Positions 38,619 through 48,631 of a stretch of DNA of 64,000 nucleotides are shown piece by piece; positions within the stretch are counted from its first letter, which is position 1, and every line of letters starts with the position of its first letter. The notes below the pieces were generated by a model. It made no database searches. It worked only from the letters and a program-made list of their open reading frames with translations, and had not been told where the DNA came from. A program made the position numbers and the translations under genes. Source of the stretch: Dictyostelium discoideum (lineage: Eukaryota); assembly GCA_000004695.1 (NCBI GenBank), contig CM000153.2, positions 2,560,001 through 2,624,000 of the forward strand, written 5' to 3'.

Positions 38619-38751
38619 CGAACAATTTAATGATAGCCCTGACGAAGAAACATCATCAATTACTTTATTAGGTACTTCTAAAAAACATGATAATACCAAT
38701 CCAAATAAACCTTCAACTTCCTCACCTTCAAGTTGTTTCAATTGTAAATAA
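38619..38751 (+). CDS. Possible Rab terminal exon (…SPSSCFNCK*) if the GTAAGT at 38408 is used as a donor
   Basis: A cactaccag acceptor at 38617-38618 keeps frame for 43 codons, ending C-F-N-C-K, with a stop at 38749-38751. This would supply the C-terminal cysteines expected for a prenylated Rab. Confidence 0.35.
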
Positions 38752-39093
38752 TGATTTAAAAAAAAAAAAAAAAAGAAAAAAAAAAAAAAAACAATAATTA
38801 AAAGAATAAGAAAATAAATAAAAAAGCAAAAGAAAAAGAAGAAAAGAAAAAAAAAAAAAAAAAAAAAGAAGACTACAAAAATGAATCAAACAAAAGTTAA
38901 CTTATTTTATTATTTAAAAAAAAAAAAAATTAAAAAAAAAAACCAGTTTAAACAAATAAAAAGTAAAATAGAAATATTAACTATGTAAAGCCAAATCAAA
39001 TAGAAAGTTTAAACTTTATTAAATTATTTTTTTTTTTTTTTTTAGTTTATATTTTATTTTTAAAATTTGTATTTTATTTAATTATTTTTTTTT

Positions 39094-40545
39094 TTAAATA
39101 CTTTTTTCAATTTTAATAGTTTCTTCATTATAAATAACATTATTAAAAGTATCTTTTTGTTTATCAAAACAATTATTTGGACAAGTGTAAATGAAAGCAT
39201 TACTAAATTCTAATTGATTCTTTTTTGGATCTAAAGGATCTCTTAATTTAATTTGAGCTATTAAAGTTGACAAAATTTGAAATTCAAATACTTTAACAGA
39301 ATTACAAATTGAGCAATGTGGTGGTAAATTATTAATTTGGTTGAATGTTAATAATTTTACACCCTCTGCAGTCATTGGTAATGGTTTACCACCATATGAA
39401 TAACGTAAACATTGGTCAGGTGCAAATGAGATCTTTTTAATGAATTTACTAAAAACACGATCTTTTACATATTCATAGGTTTCATCTGACCATTCTGCAC
39501 TTTCATCACCAAATGTATTCTCTATACCTTGATATTTCTTTAAAATACTTTGATTTAAATCTGATTCTTCATTATTATTATTGTTTTTATTTGATGATTT
39601 TTTATCTTTTTTTGTATAAATTGATTCTTCATCAATGAATAAAGTACATGATTGAAATTTATTACTTTTATCATCTGGAATAATTACACCTGATATTATT
39701 TCTTCCTCATTAATACAATCATCTTCTATATTTATTTTATTATTATTTTTTTTTTGTTGTTCTTCTTCTTTAATTCTTTTCTTTTCTTCTTTAATTGCAT
39801 CATCACGAATTTTTAATAATTGATCAATTGAATTTGTAACTGATGCTGTAGTAGTAGTAGTAGTTGTTGTTGTTGATGAAATTCCCCAATCATCAGAATC
39901 TTCAACACCCCAATCATCAAGTGGTTTTTCAATTACATTTTGTTGATGTAACTCTTGTACTTTATCCTCAATTTGTTCATTTTGTAAATCTTCTTCCTCT
40001 TCTTTTAATGGATCTAAACATTTAATTACTCTCCAACTAAATTAACAAAATAATTATGTTAGTTTTTAAAATTTATATAATTGATAATTTCCAAAAAAAA
40101 AAAAAATAATAATAATAATTTGAAAAATTCTTTACCCAGAAGATAATGGATTGCATTCATTACTTGGACAAACAAAAACGTAGAAATTTCTTTCATAATC
40201 TGGAAGTGAATTTAATGGACAATATGCTTGTAATAAAAATGATAAATTTGAACTACACATATTACATTTTAAATCTTTTAAATGATTTGGTGGTTGAGCA
40301 CACCATATCTATTGTTTTTAAAATAAGAAAATAAATAAAATAAAAATAAAAAAATGAAAATAAAAAAGTTAGTATTAATTATTTTAATTTTTTAAAAAAA
40401 AATATTTAAAACTCACAGGTGATCCACCAATTTTTGTTGAATAAGGGTAATCATCCTCTTCTTCCTCTTCTTTATTTATTTTTAAACTATCAATTGGTTC
40501 ATCAATAAATCCTAAGAATGTTTTTGTATCATTTTTAATTGACAT
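39094..40545 (-). CDS. PDCD2/PDCD2L-family protein (PDCD2_C domain), 3 exons: ~40545-40420, ~40311-40140, ~40040-39094
   Basis: The N-terminus is MSIKNDTKTFLGFIDEP...YPYSTKIGGSP with a GTGAGT donor. The middle exon is IWCAQPPNHLKDLKCNMC...YERNFYVFVCPSNEC. The C-terminal exon contains DDWG and PPHCSICNSVKVFEFQILSTLI...FIYTCPNNC, matching the PDCD2_C signature C..CG....FEFQ.MP...F.C..C. ORF table 39094..39375 is its 3' end. No MYND finger was seen. Confidence 0.7.
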
Positions 40546-40816
40546 ATTATATAAATATATTTTTAAATTGAATTACAATAGAATAATATTTTTGTTAACA
40601 AAAATGAAAAAAAAAAAAAAATGAAAAAAAAAATAAATGTGGGAAAAAAAAATGATCGGAAAAAAAAAAAAATAAAAATAAAAATAAAAAAAATAAAGAA
40701 AAATAAATTTATTTTTGTTTAATTTTAAGTAAATGAAAGACGACAAAATTAAAAATAGATAGATATTTTTAATTTTTTTTAAAAAAATATCTATCACCTT
40801 TTTTTTTTTTTTTTTA

Positions 40817-41445
40817 TTAATAATTGGTTAAACAGGGAGTGTGGGGTAGTTTTATCTGTCTATTGAAAGACTCTAATCTTTCTTTAAATATTGCAATCTC
40901 TCTATCAATTTCTTCTTGTAAAACTGGGTCAATTTCATCATCATCACCATCACCATCACCATCATCACCCTCTTCATCTTTTATATTTAAATTATAATCA
41001 TCTATATTAATTATATTGTTCCTATTAAAATGATTATTTTCATTATTTTGATTATTTATTATGATTTCTTCTTTAATAATAATAATAGTTTTCTTTTCTT
41101 TTTCTTTTTCATTTTCATTTTTATTTTTCAGTTTATTTTTTGATTTAGAATTTATTTTATTATTATCAAAGTGGTTTGAATTAATGTTTTTAGTATTGTT
41201 TGATTTTGATTTCTTTGATTTCTTGGATTTTTTTTCATCCTCTCCAATAAATTCCAAAATTTCATCTAATGATTTATTTTCAAATTTTAATTTTGCAACC
41301 ATTCTTTCATGTCGCGCTACTGCCTCTTCCAATTCAGATCTTGAACCTCTTTTTAATGACATTATTGCCATTTCAAAATTTTCATCTCTTGGTTCTGTTA
41401 TTTGTAAATTTGAAAATGTCTGTCTCAATTCCTCTGCACTCTTCT
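40817..41445 (-). CDS. Divergent SKP1-family protein, exon 2 (…QKSAEELRQTFSNLQITEP… then a long charged/low-complexity C-terminal extension)
   Basis: A tatttag acceptor at ~41446-41447. KSAEELRQTF aligns with Skp1 KTPEEIRKTF. It is in frame with ORF-table 40817..41428. Confidence 0.55.
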
Positions 41446-41554
41446 CTAAATATATTTATATATATTATCATGTTAATTTTAAATAATAATCTTTTTTTTT
41501 TATTTTTTTATTTTTTTTTTTTATTTTTATTTTCAAAAAAAAAAAAATACAAAC

Positions 41555-42140
41555 GTGAAATTTGAGTAGCAATTTCTTTACTTGTTAAACTAACTAACGA
41601 TTTGATATCTAAGAAATAAGAAGCTGAAGCTAATTCACAAAGATTTAATGGTTTTTTTTGAATGAAATTAAAATCGAATTGAGTTGCTAAAATTGGTGAT
41701 GTATTTGTTGAATGAAATTTACAAAATTCTAAAATCGAATTTAATACACAACCTCTAATATCTGAAAAATAAATTTTAATCTCTTCTTCTGTATTCTTAT
41801 TGATTGATGCTAATAATTTGTCCTCCCTTTTATGAAATATAGATTCACCATCAACTGTAAACCATCCACCTAAACTATTTTTAAATTTTAAACAACCTTT
41901 AACAATATTTTTCACTGTTTTACACATATTAATTATTAATTCGGTTTCCAATTCATATTCTTGATTATCACTTGATAAAATTATAACTCTTTTTGAATTT
42001 TTCATTTTTGGAATTATTAATTCATTTTGTGTTTCAATTGATTGTGGTGATGATGATGATGATGGTGATGGTGATGATGGTGGTAGTGGTAGTGGTAGTG
42101 GTTCTTTTATTTCCATTGAATTTGGTAGTTGTTGTTCCAT
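41555..42140 (-). CDS. Divergent SKP1-family protein, exon 1 (Pro/Ser-rich N-extension plus the Skp1 BTB/POZ-like and dimerisation regions)
   Basis: ORF table 41508..42140. VIILSSDNQEYELETELIINMCKTVKNIV aligns with Skp1 [34 protein letters not shown] aligns with VLDYCRHH. LCELASASYFLDIKSLVSLTSKEIATQIS aligns with [35 protein letters not shown] donor follows CAC at ~41553-41554. Confidence 0.6.
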
Positions 42141-42777
42141 ATTTTTTTATTTTTTTATTTTTTTACTTTTTTAATTTATTTGATTTATTTGATTTAATTT
42201 TGTTTTATTTGATTTAATAATTTTTTTTTTTATTATTTTTTAATAATCTAAGTCAGAAAAAAAAAAAAAGATTTATAATTTTTTTTTAATTTTTTTTATT
42301 TTTTTTTGTTTAGCAAACATAAAAACCTAAAATTAAAAAAAAAATGAATAACGTAAAAAATTTCGGTTTTACAATTTTTTTTATTTTTTTTTTATTTTTT
42401 TTTATTTTTTTTTATTTTTTTATTTTTTTTATTTTTTTGTGAATTGTTTTAAAGAGATTTTGGGCACAAACATAATCAAAAAAAAAAAAATAATCATGAA
42501 TACCTTTTTTTTTTTTATTTTTATTTTTATTTTTATCTTGTGCTTTATTTTCTTATTGAGATAAAATCATACTAATCTTTGTATGATATTATGAGATCAT
42601 TCTGATAAAATAATAATTATTATTATCATAATTAAATTTGAATTTTTACTTGATCTTACTTTCAAAATTTTAAAAATGAAAAAAAAAAAATAAAAAAAAA
42701 AAAAAAATTATTATTAATATTAATAGATATTCTGAAAAAAAAAAAAAAAATAAAAAAAAAAAAAAAAAGTGAAAATC

Positions 42778-42808
<31 letters not shown>

Positions 42809-42881
42809 CTTTTTTTTTTCAAAAAAAAAAAAAAAAAACTTTTTCATTTCATTGTTTTGATTCCAAACAAACAACTAATTT

Positions 42882-42918
<37 letters not shown>

Positions 42919-42995
42919 AAATCGAAATAAAAATAAAAATAAAAATAAAATAAAAATTAAAATTAAAATTATTAAAATAAAATATAATATATAAA

Positions 42996-43007
42996 ATGTT
43001 TTTTCAT
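42996..43007 (+). CDS. rpb7: RNA polymerase II subunit Rpb7, micro-exon 1 (MFFH)
   Basis: ATGTTTTTTCAT followed by a GTAATT donor. The peptide MFFH is identical to the human RPB7 N-terminus. It joins in frame to exon 2 (LTLEKDLHMHPKHCGPNL aligns with ISLEHEILLHPRYFGPNL). Confidence 0.7.
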
Positions 43008-43175
43008 GTAATTTATCAATTTTATTGAATAAAATCTTTCTTTTTTTATTTTTATGTTTTTATTTGTATTTCCTTTTTTTTTTTTTTTTATTAAAGATAT
43101 CTTTAGAGAGATAAAGATAGAGATAGAAAGGCAGAAAATAGAGAAATAATACTAACAATTTTTTATTGTTATTGA

Positions 43176-43273
<98 letters not shown>

Positions 43274-43274
43274 G

Positions 43275-43544
43275 TTAACATTAGAAAAAGATTTACATAT
43301 GCATCCAAAACATTGTGGACCAAATTTATTTACAATTGCAACACAACAACTTTATAGTGAAGTAGAAGGTACATGTACAGGTAGATATGGTTTTATCATT
43401 ACAATTACATCGGTTGATTTCTTATCTAAAGGAAAGGTATTAGAATCATCAGGTTATGTAGTTTTCAATGTTAAATATAAAGCAATCATTTTCAAACCGT
43501 TTAAAGGTGAGGTTTTAGATGCAATCGTTACAAAAGTAACAAAT
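43275..43544 (+). CDS. rpb7: Rpb7, exon 2
   Basis: An aaatag acceptor at 43269-43274. [22 protein letters not shown]...VKYKAIIFKPFKGEVLDAIVTKVTN is a near-colinear match to RPB7 ([23 protein letters not shown]...[25 protein letters not shown]). A GTATGT donor lies at 43545. ORF table 43299..43553. Confidence 0.88.
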
Positions 43545-43690
43545 GTATGTTAGTTACAATCATCATTTACAAAAAGAATGAGTAGTGAATCTATCTCTTT
43601 CTCTCTCTCTCTCTCACTCGCCCTCTTTCTTTTACAATCATATTATAATGATTGGTACTAAATAATATATTTTTTATTTTTAAATTATAG

Positions 43691-43879
43691 CTTGGATTTT
43701 TTGCAGAAGCAGGTCCACTTTCAATTTTTGTATCAACTCAATTGATCCCATCTGATATGATATTCGATGCACAAAGTGCTGTACCATGTTTTGTTTCTGA
43801 AGATGGTTCATCAAAAATCAGTAAAGATGATGAAGTTAGATTACAAATTAAAGGTACTCGTGTTGATGCTACCGAAATT
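43691..43879 (+). CDS. rpb7: Rpb7, exon 3 (S1-like domain)
   Basis: A tatag acceptor. LGFFAEAGPLSIFVSTQLIPSDMIFDAQS...DEVRLQIKGTRVDATEI aligns with [28 protein letters not shown]...DEIRLKIVGTRVDKNDI. A GTATGT donor follows. ORF table 43742..43984. Confidence 0.88.
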
Positions 43880-43984
43880 GTATGTATTTGTGCAGCATAT
43901 ATATATATATATAAACCTTTTTCTCTATTTAATAATTTATTAACTCTTTTTTTTTTTAATTTATTTTTAAATTTTTTTTATTAG

Positions 43985-44032
43985 TTTGCAATTGGTTCAA
44001 TCAGAGAAGATTATTTAGGTGTCATTGGTTAA
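43985..44032 (+). CDS. rpb7: Rpb7, exon 4 (FAIGSIREDYLGVIG*)
   Basis: A ttag acceptor at 43981-43984. It matches the RPB7 C-terminus FAIGSLMDDYLGLVS. Confidence 0.85.
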   Translation, partial: FAIGSIREDYLGVIG

Positions 44033-44243
44033 ATTGGTTTTATATTTTGTGGTTAAATAGTTTTACAGGAATAAAAAAAAAAAAAAAAAAGAACAAAAAA
44101 AAATATAAAAGATAAAAAAAAAAAAAAAAAAATAAAGAAATAAAGAAATTAAGATGTACAAAAAAAAAAAAAAACCTAAACAGAATCCCATTTAACAAAT
44201 TTTTTTTTTTAATAAACAAAAAAGAAATATTCTTTTATTACCA

Positions 44244-44359
<116 letters not shown>

Positions 44360-44438
44360 TTAATTGTTTAATTATTTATTTATATTATAATATTAATATA
44401 CATTTTCAAAGGTCATTAAGATTGAATTTAGAGAAAAG

Positions 44439-44538
44439 TTAAAAATCGTCAGCAGAGTCGATTTCAAAATCAATATCATTTTCTCTTAGTTCAGTGAAAT
44501 CAACTCTTGAATTGAATGTACTCTTTTTAAGTTTTTGT
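44439..44538 (-). CDS. 4-TM membrane protein, possible terminal exon (RQKLKKSTFNSRVDFTELRENDIDFEIDSADDF*)
   Basis: A ttttag acceptor at 44539-44540. It keeps frame for 33 codons, giving a charged cytoplasmic tail. Confidence 0.35.
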
Positions 44539-44641
44539 CTAAAATAATAATGATGATGAATGGTAAAGTAGTGGTTAGTAATTGATTTAAAAAAAAATTG
44601 TAAATACAATTAATTAATAAAAAAAAAAAAAAAAAATTTAC

Positions 44642-44928
44642 CTATTAATTAAAGCTATTAATCTTAGGAATTGGAAAAAGTATCTAATAGCAGTTAAGAA
44701 AATAATGACCACACCTTCATAGTCATAATTGTCAGAGCTTGATGAATGAAAATATAAAAATAAACCGCATATAGAAATTACCAAAACAAAAAGATCGAAT
44801 CTATTTGCCCATGTTTGAAAGTACTTTTTCTTTTGTGATATAATTTGTAATATAATTTCAACTGATAATGTAACATTAACCAAAATATCTAGTACTATAA
44901 AAATCCAATGTGATGGTACCGATGTATT
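44642..44928 (-). CDS. 4-TM membrane protein, exon 2 (TM2-TM4: ...HWIFIVLDILVNVTLSVEIIL..WANRFDLFVLVISICGLFL..VVIIFLTAIRYFFQFLRLIALIN)
   Basis: An aaaaag acceptor at ~44929-44930. It is in frame with ORF-table 44638..44883. The sequence AGGTAAAT at 44638-44645 is either a stop (R*) or a donor. Confidence 0.5.
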
Positions 44929-45009
44929 CTTTTTTATTAAATTTGTAATTAACTTTTTATTTTTAAAATTGTTTAAAAAAAAAAAAAGTTAGTAGGATAA
45001 AAAAAAAAA

Positions 45010-45106
<97 letters not shown>

Positions 45107-45150
45107 TTAATAATAATATTAATAATAATAATAAATTTAAAATAAATTAC

Positions 45151-45819
45151 CCAAATAATTAAAATTAAATTTAATAATATCATAACAATATATGAATAAT
45201 AATATTTATTTGAAAATAAAACTCTATCAGCATATGTAGAGCATTGCCTATCATGTACCATATAATTATCAAAATTTGATTCGAAATGACTTGTAGAATG
45301 TCCATAATTAGCAGAAAGTGGTGGGAGATCCGATAAATTACCTTCACTACCCATACTATTAGTTAATATAGAATTATTATTATTTCCATTAATGTTGCCA
45401 TTATTATTATTATTATTATTATTATTTCCTAAATTTTTATCGCTTATACTAAATGAGTTATTAATATTATTATTGTTATTATTATTATTGTTTAATTTAT
45501 CATTCGGGTTCAAAGAATTATTGCCCCCATTATTAATATTATTATTATTACCATTATTATTATTATTATTATTATTATTCACTCGTATACTATTTGGTGT
45601 ATTTTGATTACCATTATTGATATTATTATTTCCATTTATATTAATTAAATTATTTGCATTTCCGCTATTATTTCCTATACTAGTATTACTATTTAGTGAA
45701 GTCATATTTGGTGAAAGACCACTTGGAGATAAACGATTACCACTTCTAATAATGTTTAGATTTGATTTACTACCTATTATATCACTACTATCAAGATCCT
45801 TAAAATTACTATCACTCAT
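45151..45819 (-). CDS. 4-TM membrane protein with an Asn/Gly-rich N-terminal low-complexity region, exon 1
   Basis: ORF table 44989..45819. It ends ...NKYYYSYIVMILLNLILIIW with a GTAATT donor at 45149-45150. Confidence 0.5.
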
Positions 45820-45885
45820 CCAATTATTTAATTTATTATAATTTTTTTAATTTTTATTATTATTTATTATTTTTATTTATTACTA

Positions 45886-45974
<89 letters not shown>

Positions 45975-48631
45975 TATTATTATTTATAATTTACACACAA
46001 AATTATTAAAAATAAAAATAAAAAAAAAAAAAAATAAAAAATATTAAACACTTGGGTTTTTATTTTTTTTTTTTATTTTTTTCATTTTTTTTTTATTTTT
46101 TTTATTTTTTTTATTATTTTTATAAAAAAAGTCTTTTCACTATTCCCAAATTCCATTTTTTTTTTTTTTTTTTTTTAACACCAAAATGAAAAATAATATA
46201 ATTTTTTAAAAATATATTTTTTTTTTTTGTTTGGGAATAAAATTTTTAATTAACAATAAAGATAAATTTAATTTAATTAATAAATAAAATTGGTTTACAT
46301 TTTTTTTTTTATTTTATTTTATTTTTTTTTTATTTTCTTTAGAAATAAATTTTTTTTTTTTTTTTTTAAAAATAATAATAAAGATAAATTTAATTTAATT
46401 AATAAATAAAATCTATTGCTTCTTTTTTTTTCTTTTTTTTTTTTTTTTTTTTTAAAATTTTTTATTTTATATATTTTTAAAAATTTAAATTTAGATTACT
46501 TTTGTCAGATATATAAATTAAAATAATAGAATTGTTAGATATAAAAATTTAAAAATTCATTTACACAAAAGTGATACTTTTACAAAAATAAAACGATTTA
46601 CATAAATAGTTTTGGTAATTTACATTTTCCTTACTAATCAAAGAGTATTCATTTATTGATTACTTCACATATATATATTGTTGTGTCAACCAATACAATA
46701 ATGTACATTCACACAATAAATACACCGCACCACTCACATCATCTCTCTCTCTCACTAAAATGACAATATCAAAATTATGTTTATTACTGCAGTATAATCT
46801 GGCCATCTTAATTTTACACTTTTTGATTTATTTTATTCTTCAACTATTTCGTTATCCAAATTTAATTATTAAAATAATTTATTCATTTTAATATGACAAG
46901 ATATCAAGCCTAACCCTTAAAATAACAATTTTTTTTTTTGTTTTTTATTTATTATATCTTTCCATTTAATTTTATTATTTTTAAATATTTTAATTTTAAT
47001 ATGGTAAAATTTAATTTTCACAAACACACACCCAAATTAAACACATCTAAACACACACACACACAAATAACACACCAATAAAACTCTCCCCATTTTAAGA
47101 ATTCAAAGGGACACCACCCACAAACACACAAACAACACATTTTTCTCACAGATATGTTGTTTTAGTTTAGGATATCTCTTTAATATTCAGATATATAAAA
47201 TTATTTTAATATAAGAGGGTACCATATATATATATATATATTGCTTAAATATGTTGTGTTTTTAATTTTATTATTTTAAAATTTTTTATTATACCTCTTT
47301 TTATTAACCCACAAAATAATATAAATGTATGTGGATTATCAGTTTTAGTTTAAAAGATTACAGTGAAAATTAAATTCCAATTCAAATATCAAATGAAATA
47401 TTATAATTATCTATAGATATAAGCTAAAATTTTAGTTGTGTGTGTGTGTGAGCATTTGTTTTTTTTGTGTGTATTTAATATAACTAAATAAATTTATTTA
47501 TGATAATAATTATAATTTTAATTTAATATAATAAAATATCATTATCATTATTTTAAAAACACTTACTAAATAAATAAATAAAAATTATTTCAAATTTTTA
47601 TAATAATTTAATTCATCGACGAATATGCAATCTTTTTAACTGGGATATATATGGAATTATTTTTAATAATGTGTGATATATATAAAATAATAATAATAAT
47701 AATCAATAAAAAAAAAGGGGGGGTAAATAATAATTATATATATTATAATGAATATACTTTATTTTATTTTTTTTTATGTATAAAATATTTTTTAATATAT
47801 AATATATAGGTATTGTTATTATATATATATATTTTTTGACTGTTGTTGTTGTTATTAGTTTTTGGTTGTTGTTATTAATTTTTCAAATAAATCGAATTGA
47901 AATAAAATTCGGACCACCATCACCACACTATTTTGATTTATTTAAATATTTCAATTTTTATTTTTTGGGATAAATTGAACCCCCTTCCACATTTAAATTG
48001 CCCCGGATAAAATCGTACAATATTCTATCCATGTTTTTTGTTAATTAACAAGTGCCCTGTATGCTACCATCAATTAATTTATCTGTCAATAATAAGTTTA
48101 TTGTTGGTATAGATTAAAAAACAATAACAAATTTAAATAAATTATTTTGAAAATAATAAAACATTTTAAATAAAAAAATAAAATAAAATTATAAAAAATA
48201 TTAATAATAATAATTAAAAAAAAAAAAAAAAACTATAAATAAACTTTTTTTTTATTTCATTATTTTAAAATAATAAATAATAATTAATAATAATAATAAT
48301 AAAATAAAAATAATAATAAAAATAATAATAATAAAATAATAGTAAAACACATAACAACACACACATTTTACTTTTTTTTATTGAGATTTTTTTTTTTGAT
48401 TACTATTTTTAATAATAATAATATTTTAAGAAATAGAAAAAATATAAAAAAAAAAAAATATTAAAAAAAACAACATCAATAATAAATTAAATAAATTAAA
48501 TAAATTAATATTTTATTAAATAATCTAAATCAAAATAATTACTAAATACATACACACATATATATTTATATATATAAAATTATTATTTTTTAATTAATTT
48601 AAATAATTAATTATTTGAAGAAAAAAAAAAA

